A stretch of 63,831 bases of DNA, counting the filler, from Octopus bimaculoides (Eukaryota): assembly GCF_001194135.2 (NCBI RefSeq). It is 7 parts of 6 records of this genome, joined end to end, with 100 filler letters (N's around TTAATTAATTAA, not from the genome) between each part and the next. Parts side by side here need not be neighbours in the genome. Positions count along the whole stretch, not along the records: positions 38,471 to 47,101 come from NC_068996.1; positions 47,202 to 51,715 come from NC_068989.1; positions 51,816 to 57,611 come from NC_068999.1; 4 more parts are not named here. The stretch is one strand, 5' to 3'. The stretch's first letter is position 1. Each line of letters begins with the position of its first letter. This document shows, piece after piece, positions 39,322 to 52,380 of this stretch. Position numbers and translations under genes: made by a program. Under the pieces are notes generated by a model. It did no database searches and had not been told where the DNA came from. It saw only the letters and a program-made list of their open reading frames with translations.

Positions 39322-40255
39322 NNNNNNNNNNNNNNNNNNNNNNNNNNNNNNNNNNNNNNNNNNNNNNNNNNNNNNNNNNNNNNNNNNNNNNNNNNNNNNN
39401 NNNNNNNNNNNNNNNNNNNNNNNNNNNNNNNNNNNNNNNNNNNNNNNNNNNNNNNNNNNNNNNNNNNNNNNNNNNNNNNNNNNNNNNNNNNNNNNNNNNN
39501 NNNNNNNNNNNNNNNNNNNNNNNNNNNNNNNNNNNNNNNNNNNNNNNNNNNNNNNNNNNNNNNNNNNNNNNNNNNNNNNNNNNNNNNNNNNNNNNNNNNN
39601 NNNNNNNNNNNNNNNNNNNNNNNNNNNNNNNNNNNNNNNNNNNNNNNNNNNNNNNNNNNNNNNNNNNNNNNNNNNNNNNNNNNNNNNNNNNNNNNNNNNN
39701 NNNNNNNNNNNNNNNNNNNNNNNNNNNNNNNNNNNNNNNNNNNNNNNNNNNNNNNNNNNNNNNNNNNNNNNNNNNNNNNNNNNNNNNNNNNNNNNNNNNN
39801 NNNNNNNNNNNNNNNNNNNNNNNNNNNNNNNNNNNNNNNNNNNNNNNNNNNNNNNNNNNNNNNNNNNNNNNNNNNNNNNNNNNNNNNNNNNNNNNNNNNN
39901 NNNNNNNNNNNNNNNNNNNNNNNNNNNNNNNNNNNNNNNNNNNNNNNNNNNNNNNNNNNNNNNNNNNNNNNNNNNNNNNNNNNNNNNNNNNNNNNNNNNN
40001 NNNNNNNNNNNNNNNNNNNNNNNNNNNNNNNNNNNNNNNNNNNNNNNNNNNNNNNNNNNNNNNNNNNNNNNNNNNNNNNNNNNNNNNNNNNNNNNNNNNN
40101 NNNNNNNNNNNNNNNNNNNNNNNNNNNNNNNNNNNNNNNNNNNNNNNNNNNNNNNNNNNNNNNNNNNNNNNNNNNNNNNNNNNNNNNNNNNNNNNNNNNN
40201 NNNNNNNNNNNNNNNNNNNNNNNNNNNNNNNNNNNNNNNNNNNNNNNNNNNNGTG

Positions 40256-40296
<41 letters not shown>

Positions 40297-40592
40297 TTAT
40301 GTGTCTGTGTTTGTCCCCACAACATCGCTTGACAACAACCGATGCTGGTATGTTTACGTCCCCGTAATTTGGTGGTTCGGCAAAAGAGACCGATAGAATA
40401 AGTACTAGATTTACAAAGAATAAGTCCTAGGGTCGATTTGCTTGACTAAAGGCGGTGCTCCAGCATGGCCGCAATCAAATGACTGAAACAAGTAGAAGAA
40501 AGTTAAGTATAGGTATTTTATTTATCGTTGATCTTCAGCTTTATGTTAACATCAGTGGGCAGCTGATTTACACAACTGTACACTGTTTCTTT

Positions 40593-40870
40593 TGGTGTAG
40601 TGGTTAAGAGCGCGGGCTACTAACCCCAAGATTCGGAGTTCGATTCCAGGCAGTGGAATGAATAATAATAATGATAATAATAATAATAGTAATAATAATA
40701 ATAATAATATAACAACAACAACATCGAAAAATACCTAAGGAATAAGAATCCAGGTTCAAAATTTCCCCAAGACACCTGATGAAGGCTGGAGGGTACATCA
40801 GCCGAAACGTGTTAACAACAAACAAGATGAGGATAAATATCCGTCAAATGTAAATAATGTATATAATGTA
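40593..40870 (+). mobile_element. tRNA/Pol III-headed element with (AAT)n spacer and hammerhead-type 3' region
   Basis: A box TGGTGTAGTGGTT (40593-40605), B box GAGTTCGATTCC (40636-40647), hammerhead-like motif 40771-40813. Confidence 0.65.
40771..40813 (+). ncRNA. Degenerate hammerhead ribozyme motif (GUH triplet missing)
   Basis: GACAC-CUGAUGA-A-GGCUG-(10 nt)-CAGCC-GAAAC-GUGUU. Stem I GACAC/GUGUU and stem II perfect; no cleavage triplet between GAAAC and stem I'. Confidence 0.6.
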
Positions 40871-43253
40871 CGGTTTCTTTTCTCTATCCCAAATGACCAT
40901 GTCAAGTCTATTACAACTATTGAGGTCTTCACTGGGACATTCTACCAGTACTCTTTCATATTACAAGTGGCTATGGTCTCTACCGTATTGTGGGTTCTTA
41001 TCTCTTTGTCCTCAGGACTAACCTTCAAACGGATCTCATACAATGTCTTGACTACAAAATCATGTCTCATCGGTAGATAATACCACAATAATATTTTTGA
41101 GCAACTGCTTATGATGTGAATGGTATCTTCGCAGTTGACTCTTTAAAGCCTGCATCGGTTATCGTATTTTGGTGTTTTGCCTGCGTCTCCGTATATTTTG
41201 TGCATCAGGAATTTGGCTGATATTTCCGGTGCCTAGATTGCAAACGTATACCTTTCAAAGTGAGCGTTAGTAATCCAGTTGTTGGTCTATGATAAACTGC
41301 TTGATGATCAATGTTACTATAATCCTGCTAACATATCCATGCCTGGTCTTCTGCTGATAAACACTCTTCCTTTCATCTGATGATACGTTGCCGTGGAGTT
41401 GTGTGACTTCTTTGGGCATGCATTTAAGTTTATCAGACAAAGAATACTGCTCTAAGAGCTGTTTTCCTAGCCTTATTATGTTATCAATCTCGTATATGTA
41501 AACTTGGTCAAGGGATGCACTTCGAGACTTCGTGGTTAAAAGATGTTGCCTCTACAGCTCCGTTTTCGTTCTAAGCAGAGGCAGTCTGCGTCACTGTCTA
41601 TGGGGAAATTATGTGTGCTGGTTAGTATCTTCCAGGTTTTCATATCAATGACTAGGATCACATCAAGCGTCCAATCAGGGAGCCTAAATTCTGGTAATGA
41701 GTACTGGTACCGCAAAGACATTGTGGGCCACAGTTTTATTGAATGCAAAGAATTCCGAGGTCCATATTTACTTTCTTCAGCTGTAATATTCTTTAGTGAC
41801 ACGTGTCTTGTTACAGGTGCCATCATAAGATATGTTTTCATGTACTGTTGATTACCTGTAATATTCCTCATCAGATGTGGGAGAAACAATTAATTCATTG
41901 ATGGAGTTGCTGTTAGTCTGCTTTACAGTTTTCTTGTCTAGCAACATTTATCTTGACCAAACTCCAACCCTATCCTCTTTGAGAATGTTGTACCCAGGTC
42001 AAGGCTCTTTTCGACTCATGCATACTCTTCACTTACAGTTTCAAGTCATCCACAAAGAAGCAGTGTGTAGTCTTTGTATTTCTGTTTCCTTGTGAACCAG
42101 GGAGATACACTTCAGGCGTTTTCAAAGTAAATAACAAGGGATTTAAAGGAAGTATGAACAGTATCACAAAGCAGCTGTCCCCTTTGGAACATACCTCAAC
42201 GATAATGTATTTTACCTGTGATAATACAATCACTCCTTGCATTTAACTTCAAGGTGGTGGCCCACGATGAATTCAGGTCAACTATATCTTTGACTATGCT
42301 CATTAGAACTTTAGCAAGCCAAAAGAATTTTATCATCCATGAGTGGGGGACAGAGTCAAAGGCTTTCTTGTAGTCCAACTACATTGAAACCAGGGTCCTC
42401 CTATGCTGACGCACCCCTGACTTTACAGTTTTGCTTATAAACAATTGCTCGACACGTCCCCAGACTCCCTTCTTCCCAGCTGGTTTTTCTGCTGTGATGA
42501 TGTTTTTATTTTTACAATGGTCTTGGGGAAAGAGGTTTAAACATGTTCATATTTTATACATTAAATTCTGTCAGGCAGTTGGCCGGTAGATTTTTGCCAT
42601 GTCAGTTGTTCTGATTTTGGAGATCAGTTTTGTCTCTTCCGGAGCTAACCAGTGTGGTATACTTCTGTTCTCATTGAGAGTTTGCTGGTACAAGCTGATA
42701 ATATATGGTCGGTAGAAGGTTAACTTCTTGTACCAGTATCCAACAATCAAGTATCTGCCAGGTGCTTTTCCATCCTGAAGTTTCTGTATTACAGTCACAA
42801 GGGTATCACCATCGATGCTTGTGGGTGATGAGCTTGAAATTGAGTGTTCTCTTTTTTGCTATCTCCAAACATCGCATCTATCTCCTCCTTCACTTTTTGT
42901 TGGCGAGACGTATAGTGATTTGCTGGTTTGCAAGCAATAAGCATCATCACATGGCTAATGGTCTTCCATAAACCAGTTATCAAAACTCATGATGATTCAT
43001 TCTTCGCTGTTTCGGGTTTGTTTCTTTTTTAAATGTTTATGTACTGATTTGCAGTTGTAGACAGGGCATATAGACAGGCGTTAATCTGCCAGAATGAGGG
43101 TTCATAACACTGCTGAAAATCATCTCTAATTTCATTAACAACTTTTAATAACGTGTCTTTTGCTTACTCTCTTTATGAGCTAGTATTTCAAAACCAAAAT
43201 TATTTTTCATGAATAATTTTAGTAAGGGCATGTTTCACCAATGTATAACCCCG

Positions 43254-43321
<68 letters not shown>

Positions 43322-43900
43322 AATTATCGTTGCGGTTTGTCTACAATTGACCTTATTCGTAGCAGAGGAACAGTGGTCAGTTGCTTTAGCCTGTAATGTA
43401 GTTTAGCTGGCAGGGAATATGGTATCTGTTGTAGTATCACTAACTGTGAAATCATGTGGTCTTTTAACATCGTTAACACCGTTGTTTATTCAGTTTGGAA
43501 GGAAGTTAATTTGAGATCCTTTTTGAGTAAAATTACGTTTGATAACTTTCTTCCTATGTTCCATAAAAGTTGTTTGTAATTGTTTCGCAATAAAAGTATT
43601 TAGTTCTGGGGGAAGATCATTCCAGTATGCTTTTAACCTATTCATATATCCAACAGCGAAATTTTGTTTTGCTTCTTTATAACAGTTAAATAAACCATTA
43701 TTCCGTTCATAACTCCAAGATAAATGTGTTTTGTATAGTTAGAGTTTCTATAAAAGGTTTGTTTAACTTTTGCGATGATGTTTTCGTTCTGTTCTTCAGA
43801 TTTGTCGTTGATGTTGTCGCACCCAGCCATATTGTTTGCAGTAAATCTGCATGCTAATGTTAAGTTTCAGTCGAAAATCATCACCATCAGAAGTACCGCC
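40870..43900 (-). mobile_element. R4/Dong-type retrotransposon, near full-length but heavily decayed (copy 1)
   Basis: N-terminal GYMNRLKAYWNDLPP; RT motifs KAPG..IVGYWYKKL, DYKKAFDSVPHSW, GDS, FVDDLKL; thumb IDMKTWKILTSTHNFPIDSD; zinc knuckle/RHD near 41050-41120. Many stops and frameshifts; (CTA)n at 43252-43320. Confidence 0.85.
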
Positions 43901-44099
43901 GCTAATTCATATGAAGATCAACCAGTTATTTAACAGGGTTGATAGTTGTGGTTTCAAAATTGGAAATAGTACTCATCGTATTTTCGATAAATAGTCTACT
44001 AGGCAAAATATGCAACTTGTCGCTTCGAATGATGTATGAATTTGTGTTTTGTTTTTAATTTAAGGGAGTTCAAGACGGCCACTAACAAAGCCTTTTGAG

Positions 44100-46310
44100 T
44101 TGAGAGAGTTCTCAGCGTTTGTAAATAGTTGGTTGCGTTGGTATGTTGGTTGAGCTGTCGATGTACATACCCAAGCGTGAGCATTTATTTCATCTTAAGA
44201 ATTTCAGACAGAGAATCTTTGGAATGACATGCAATTCTTCAGTGCCGCTAATAGATTGGATTTGGGGAAACCGCGTCAATTTCTTTTTCTCTTTCTTCGG
44301 AAAACGGTGTATTTCAAGTATTTTGTGTAAATTTGTTGGTACATAACATAATGTACCTATGATGATAGGTACACATGAAAATTTGTAGTTAGGGTAAAAG
44401 TACCCTCAGTTCCACATTAGTTTGCCATAAATGTTCTCTTTTGTCTGAACTTTTGATTCCACATTCACATCCGCCGAGCAGCTGATCAATATAACAGTGC
44501 ATGAGTTTTGCTCCTTGTCCTACAGAAGAATATCAAGTTTGTTATGTTTGCCCTGAATTGCTGTTTTTATTTGAAAGTTCCATCAGTATTCTTTCTTTTT
44601 AAAGGTATGAATATCTACTGGTTCTGACATGCTTTTGATGTATACATCAGGGCAATCCTTCCTACGGATAGCAATCTAAATAGTCTTTGCAACTATATCA
44701 TGCCTCAGGGGCAGGTAGTATCTTGTAGACATTTCGGGGGCAGCTGATGATGATCATGTGGGTGATATCTTCTACATTAGTGTAACTGAGCTGACAGCTA
44801 TCACAACGAACTATCTTTGTCTCGCTTGTTCATCGGGGATTTAGCAGATATCTCCTGTTCCTGGCCAGCGCAGATATATTGTGGGATGTAAGGTAACTAT
44901 CACAGGTCCAGAAGCAGCTACTCATCTTTTTAATGCTGTTGTTGCCCTCTAGCTTACGTGATATGTACTCATGCAATGCTTTTTGATGGTATGATGCATG
45001 CTTCTCCAAGCTCCTTTTTTTAAGTCGGCCAGTTCAGCTTTTTTGGGGTCGCATGAGACAGTTGTATTCTCAGAGTACCTGCACAGTAGTTCTCCAGCAC
45101 TGAAGATGTTATTGCTCTCACTTTTGAGTATGCATGGAATGTACTCATTTCTTTCTTTACTGTCAGCAGGTGTTGTCTACTTAGACTGACTTTATACCTC
45201 AACCATCATCACTTTGTCTCACATAAATCCAATCCTATCGATGTCGTTGTTAATGTGGAAGTTGCCAGTGGTGGTCAGTGCCTTTCTGGTTTTGATCTCC
45301 ATGCTATGTATCTCATCGAGTTTCCAGTCCAATATCCCAAATGTTGGTACAAGCACTGGCATTGCAAAAGTATTGAGATATGGTCTTGTTAAGCACAAAC
45401 AGCTCTGAGTTCCATATTTTCTGGAGTCTACAAACATATTCTTTTGTTATTCTGGCTTTAGCCACAACACCAATGAAATGCAACATTCTCATCAATTTCG
45501 AAGCACTTGTAGTTTTCAGCATTAGAGATACGGGAGATAGACAATCTTTAGACGTACATGGTCTCTCTCTGGTTGATAATCGTTCTTCGGTTGACTACCA
45601 TGTATGAACATTTATCTTGCCCAAACTCCATTTCTATAACACGTGAGAATGCTGTAACTCGTTCTAATTGTCTCTTTATGTCGATCATATTACCAGAATA
45701 TAACTTTAGGTCATCAACAAAAATGCGTGGGTGACTTTAATTTCATTCCTATCTGCATGAAGCCTTGGTATTTTGTTAACAGAGCTGGCAAAGGTTTCCT
45801 GTTAGTACAAACAGCATTACCTGAAAGATGCCTGTTAATAGCTTAATTCTGTTTGTAACAATAGCTGTTGCTTTAGTAGTTGTCAATGATAACTATGTGG
45901 ACCATGGTATGGTCAGCCTTTTAATGCCATTCACTATAGCAGCTGGTACTTTGGCAAGGTGACGTAATTCTATCATTCATGAATGAGGCACTAAGACGAA
46001 CGCCTTCTTGTAGTCTAGTCATATTGTTAAGAGATTACAGCGATGTGGAGGAGGAGCGGTTCAGTACGGTGCCAGACCTCTTTCTTCCCGTCTACCTGTT
46101 CCGCAGTTATAACACCATTTGTTTGGTAGTGATCTTGGAGAAAACTATTCAGACAACCTGTGTACAATTTGTACATAACATTCAAGCATGCTATGGGCCT
46201 ATAGTTTTTTGGGTTTTTTTGGCCACATGGGTCTCTTTGTTCTTGGGGTTAAAAGTAGTCCGTGCAACCGTCAGCCAATATGGTATAGCTAGCTCAACGT
46301 CCATTGTTTT
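44100..46310 (-). mobile_element. R4/Dong-type retrotransposon, 5'-truncated (copy 2)
   Basis: IPYWLT..RT; DYKKAF..VPHS; GIFQ; FVDDLKLY; NTFAMPVL..TFGILDW...KTRKALT; HDIVAK; RLE region; VPIIIGTL; ends QSISGT near 44230. Confidence 0.85.
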
Positions 46311-47008
46311 TTTTTAAAAAAAGGTCATAAGGATTTCCCTGTAGATCGTGAGCTTATTGAACCAGTAGCCTACTATGTATATATATATGTATGTATGTAT
46401 GTATTTAATACAAATATGTGTTCTGCTTATTTTCTAATGAATATTGCGATCAGAATAACTCTATAACAGCGGTTCGTAAACAAGAAGAGGAAATAAATTT
46501 AAAAAGCGATGTGTGACATATAAATGAAAAAGAAAAAAATAAGCAGAAATTTGAAATTTAAAAAAGTTATAAATGAATTTATTGCAAAATAAAGAAAAAG
46601 TAATTAAATTGCTGTAAAAAAATAACTTTAAAAGAGAATAAAATTGGAATTGAAATATATTAAAATAAGGAAAGCTGATAGATTTCTTTTATTTCTCACC
46701 AATGTATTTTGCATAAATACGAATTAAGCATTTGGGAGCATAGTCCAGATTCAGTTGGATTAAATGTAAGCGCAAAACTAATTTTGTCGAATTTTTCTTG
46801 ATTCTATAAGTATCAAAAAGTAAAAACTGAAGATGAAGATCTGTAAAATATTAAAGAGAAAAATGTGAGATCATGAAGACAAGAAATAACAGTGTTTAAG
46901 AGAACTGTGTGGCAATATGGAAGCAAAAACAAAAAAGAAAGAAAAGCAACAAACGATAATGAGTAAGGAAAGCAAAGTGTATATAAGAAAGATTAGAACA
47001 AGCAGAGT

Positions 47009-47080
47009 GGAGGCGCAATGGCCTAGTGGTTAGGGCAGCGGACTCGCGGTTTCGATTCCCAGACCGGGCGTTGTGAGTTT
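47009..47080 (+). mobile_element. Family C SINE head fragment
   Basis: GGAGGCGCAATGGCCTAGTGGTTAGGGCAGCGGACTCGCGG-TTTCGATTCCCAGACCGGGCG. Confidence 0.75.
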
Positions 47081-48178
47081 GTCCACTCACTACGTATATA
47101 TNNNNNNNNNNNNNNNNNNNNNNNNNNNNNNNNNNNNNNNNNNNNTTAATTAATTAANNNNNNNNNNNNNNNNNNNNNNNNNNNNNNNNNNNNNNNNNNN
47201 NAGTCGCGTGGCTCATGGTGGGTGGGGTGGGTCAGAGCGGAGACGAGGGTGAGGCTGTCCACCCCCCGGGTGACACTTTAATGATGGGGGCAGGGCTGCA
47301 CTTTTGGGCCTTCGCTTTAAGCAGGTATATAGGCTTCAAGGCTCGAAGTGGGGTTCGGCTCAGCAAATTACCCCAGGTGGTATACACACACACACACACA
47401 CACACACACGCGCGCGCACTCTAGCTCTGTCACTGTTTGGAATGGAATCTGATACATACTTTGGAAATTGAAACTGTGCGGAATCCTGTTGAGTGCATGT
47501 GTGCATGTGCATATGCGTGCATATGTGTGCGTATGTGTGTATGTGTGTGAGTAATGTTAGGTTTTCTTTGTATGTGTATATTTACGTATGAAAGTGACAT
47601 CTGTACGTATATCAAAAGTATTCCAATCATGGCCATCCCGTCTATTTAGAGATTTCTTTTAACCTACGTGTTCTTACCTTTTTTCTCTTTCCTTTTAACG
47701 CAGAATTTGGCTGCTATGTCTTGCAGGTCGAGCGATCGCGTTGAGCTTTCCCCTTTTGCTCTGTGCTGTTGTTTTGAAAGGCCAGATCAGCCATGAGCGA
47801 AAAGATAGATGACCAAGGGCAATCAGTCTATGACCATCTATCATTTTGCAGGCATTGGTCACCTGGGATTACATTATGCAATGTATTCTTGCAAATTTAA
47901 AGCGCTAGAATGTTACGACACGATGATGATTTACCTGTAATTTCTAGCATTGTATATGTGTGTGTGTGTGTGTGCACGCGCGAGATGTGTGCAGTGAGAG
48001 GTAAGTGACTAACATACACACGTACATACATACACATATACGCACATCCATTCATCCATCCATACATACATACATGCATATATATATATATATATATATA
48101 TGATTATAAATGGTTTTACCGATAAAGATTTTTTCATACTGAACTACTTGGCTAAATTGTTAATTATTNNNNNNNNNN

Positions 48179-48224
<46 letters not shown>

Positions 48225-48445
48225 TATATATATATACATAGAAAGATAGAGTACAGGTACAAGATAGGGGTCGTCGGTATAGGTAACGGTAAATGAAAGA
48301 AATAGAGTTTGTGTGTGTATTTATAAGAGGGTGTGTATATGAATCTACGTTTGTCTGAGAGAGTTAGCAAGTACAATAGGTATGACTTGTACTTGCAGGT
48401 ATGAGTTAGTGAGCATGTATGCATAAATGTTTGAACGTATGTATG

Positions 48446-48500
<55 letters not shown>

Positions 48501-48857
48501 NNNNNNNNNNNNNNNNNNNNNNNNNNNNNNNNNNNNNNNNNNNNNNNNNNNNNNNNNNNNNNNNNNNNNNNNNNNNNNNNNNNNNNNNNNNNNNNNNNNN
48601 NNNNNNNNNNNNNNNNNNNNNNNNNNNNNNNNNNNNNNNNNNNNNNNNNNNNNNNNNNNNNNNNNNNNNNNNNNNNNNNNNNNNNNNNNNNNNNNNNNNN
48701 NNNNNNNNNNNNNNNNNNNNNNNNNNNNNNNNNNNNNNNNNNNNNNNNNNNNNNNNNNNNNNNNNNNNNNNNNNNNNNNNNNNNNNNNNNNNNNNNNNNN
48801 NNNNNNNNNNNNNNNNNNNNNNNNNNNNNNNNNNNNNNNNNNNNNNNNNNNNTATAT

Positions 48858-48908
<51 letters not shown>

Positions 48909-49132
48909 CAAATATATAAATAAATATATATATACATACAGACAGAGGTACACGGGTTTGTAGACAGACTAATAACTTCTGCTCCGGCTTAATTAATCTT
49001 AATAGAGTCTCATATTCTTGCAATAGTAATGTCTTACCGAACATATTTATTGTATAATAAATGCTAGAAGGGGGCGGGCTGCAAACTTTTTCAGGGTGTG
49101 GCTAAGTAACCCCCTGGCCTCCACTTGCCTCC

Positions 49133-49173
<41 letters not shown>

Positions 49174-50215
49174 ACACACAAATACGTAAGGGCGAGAGCG
49201 TGTGGTTTTTATTTGTTTGTGTAGTTGTACGAGTTTGTATTCTTTCTCCAGCCTTCACGGCTGTGTATATTTTGTGTTGCCGTATACACCCTTCTCTATC
49301 TCCACCCCCATCTCTCGCACACTGTGTATGTGTATGTGTGTGTGTGTGTGTGTGTGTGATCGTGTGTCTGTCTGTGCCCCTTCTGTGCCCGTACAAACAC
49401 GTGCGCGTGTATGAATGCATAATTACGAAACGAGAGTAGTTGCATTAATAGGAGGAGCGGTTTGAATCAGCGCGAGTTAATTTCACTTACATTTCATAAT
49501 GTTGCATACAGCTCTTCTGTTGCTGATGTTTATGTTGGCTGCTCCTATTGCCGATGTTGCAGCATCTTGATGCTGATACTGCTGCTGTTGAGGATGCAGA
49601 TGCTCATGCAGTCATCATTATCAGTTTTTCAGGCCGCGAAGAGCGGCGAGCTGGCGGAATCGTTCGCGCGCCGGGCAGAATGCTTTATTCTGTTATTCCG
49701 TTATTCTTTTACATTGTTTGAGTCGTTTGACTGCGGCCATGCTGGAGCACCGTCTTCAGTCGAACAAATCGATCCCGACACTTATTATTTGTAAGCCAAG
49801 CCTAGTACTTATTCTGTCGGCCTCTTTTTTTGCCGAACCGCTAATGACGGGGACGTAAACACACCAGCATCGGTTGTCAAGGCGATGGTGGGAGGATAAA
49901 CACAGACACAAACACACAAAAATGAAAGGACACGTTGAATAATGTGATTCAGTATGCATTATCACCTGATCACCTGATCAAACAGGCTATCAAATGTTGT
50001 TATACATCGCTGGTCACAATGCGCTTTGCACCGTTTTAGCTTTCGAAAGATGCTACGCTGCTGGCTAGGCGAGCAGACCAACGATATTCGATTTAGTAAT
50101 ACCGAGTTGAATTTTATAATAAAAAGTATGTTAATAATTTAGAGAAGAACCACCAAAATGCGATTCAAACAATGAAGGAGATCAGACACCGTCAAGAAAA
50201 ACGGACTCACAAACT

Positions 50216-50259
<44 letters not shown>

Positions 50260-50394
50260 ATGTCGATCACACATACACGAGATGTGTGTGTTGTTAGTTC
50301 GTCGGGCGGGTGCATTTTTTTAGACGTAAGAGAATATATTCTCAATGCCCTTGGTGTAAAAGCACCCGAAAGCAAGTTATAGCCAAGTGACATG

Positions 50395-50465
<71 letters not shown>

Positions 50466-51029
50466 GTCTACACACACATGTTTATACATACATATGTCTA
50501 CACACACACGCACGCACACACACACACACACACGCACACACACATATATATATATATATATATACTATAGACAAACTTATATATTATAAACACACACACA
50601 CACACACATATGTGTGTGTATGTAAGTGTATATTTATTTTAATGAGCGTGTATGTGTATGCGCGCGCGTGTGTGTTAGGACGAAGGTGGGTAGCTATAGA
50701 AGTTCGTCTCTACTCACATTCTTTTCTCTGTCTACCAGGTGGCTGATTGTTTTGGACTAAGATCAGAAAAGAACAAAAAAAAAAACAACAACAAACCCAA
50801 CCACGAACATCAAACAATCCGACATTATTTATATAAAGCGTCTGCCCTTACAATGCATGACAAAATATTGAGCATAATATCACCTGAGAAGTACGGCTGC
50901 TTGATGAGTCGAAGCGATCGTCGTGCTTTTGAGTAAAGAGTTTCGTGTGTTTAATTTTCTGTCTTTCATCGTCTTGTATGAACTCCATGGACGCACAGGA
51001 AATCCAGGACTAGCATATACCTCCATACA

Positions 51030-51600
51030 AGATCTTGTGCAACTGAAACCCGAGTGTCTTATTGGTCAGCTGAAAATAGTTTTGGCACAAACTTGGCAGA
51101 TATGCGTCTCATACCCAAATCTTCAGTGATAATGGATTGAACTGAACCGTAATTAATCTGACCATCTTCTGATAATTCACGGATGGTGATTCGACGATTT
51201 CACCTCACAGCTGCACGCACATCTGCGAGGTTCTTCTCAGTTCTGCTGATTGTGGCTCTTCCAGAACGTTCGTCAGTATTGACATTTTTCGGCCATCTTG
51301 GAAACGTCTGAGCCACTCGTACACTTGTGTGCGGCTCGCACACTCCTCAGCATATGCTTTCTGCAACTGCGTAGGCCTCTGAGCAGGTATCGCCATGACA
51401 ACTTTCTCTGTCATGGTCTACGCGACGATCACACGCTACACACCTTCTTTCCAAGCATTGCTGTAAACAGCGAAAGTGAGCTAGAACATTCAGGCTTAAT
51501 GCGCATGCACAGCAAAGTTCAAGGTGATTTCTTTGCCAGGCGGCTTCACTCTGCATGCTTTAGCTTCGTTACTATCGCAACAGTCCGGATACTTATTAAA
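51030..51600 (-). mobile_element. Mariner transposon, 5' end and N-terminal transposase remnant
   Basis: LQKAYAEECASRTQVYEWLRRFQDGR (HTH) and RRITIRELSED...ITEDLGMRRISAKFVPKL. Confidence 0.85.
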
Positions 51601-51670
51601 TATATATATATATTTATACACAAGCATACACACACATATATCTATCTATCTACCTATCTATCTACCTATC

Positions 51671-51715
<45 letters not shown>

Positions 51716-51839
51716 NNNNNNNNNNNNNNNNNNNNNNNNNNNNNNNNNNNNNNNNNNNNTTAATTAATTAANNNNNNNNNNNNNNNNNNNNNNNNNNNNN
51801 NNNNNNNNNNNNNNNTTTAATAAAGTATATATATATATA

Positions 51840-52380
51840 TATATATATATGGGAGAATATACAAATAATAACAACAGACGAGGACATGTGGTGTAAATAA
51901 CAAAAGTATATATTAGTATGACGCTCGGGAATACGGAAAGTCTTTGATGTTTCGAGCTACGCTCTTCAACAGAAAGAATACGGAGACAAGGAGAAAAACA
52001 CGGAGAAAAAAAAATATATATATATATAGAGAGAGAGAGAGACTTAGACAGATACAGGAGAAAATATGCAAAGATGGCGGGTATTTTATAATAGGTTTAG
52101 TGTTTGTGATGATTTCGAATCAAAACGCTACTTTATGTATATGGTTTGTAAGGAATCAGTAGTTCTGCAAATGATATATGAGTTTAAAGTGTTGTCTTTG
52201 GCATTAATAAATGACATGTTTAGAATTACGAGAGTCCATAGAACTTCTTTTTAATTGCGGATTCCGTTGATTAGAGTGGATACAAGATGACATTCTCCAA
52301 TCTAGATAGAGTGATGAATGCAGAATTAAAAATGTTGGCCTGGGACATAGTGAACCACATGATTACCGGATCATTTTTCT
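51840..52380 (-). mobile_element. Penelope-like element 3' fragment (decayed)
   Basis: Weak GIY-YIG C-terminal-like remnants followed by a hammerhead motif at 51941-51977. Confidence 0.45.
51941..51977 (-). ncRNA. Variant minimal hammerhead ribozyme motif
   Basis: UCUUU-CUGUUGA-A-GAGC-GUA-GCUC-GAAAC-AUC-AAAGA. Stem I 5 bp, stem II 4 bp; core A6U; C.A mismatch in stem III. Confidence 0.55.

Noticed and set aside
40593-40650. tRNA-like sequences with A and B boxes (also all SINE heads)
   Set aside because: No complete cloverleaf or acceptor stem and no terminator; SINE-type heads, not tRNA genes.
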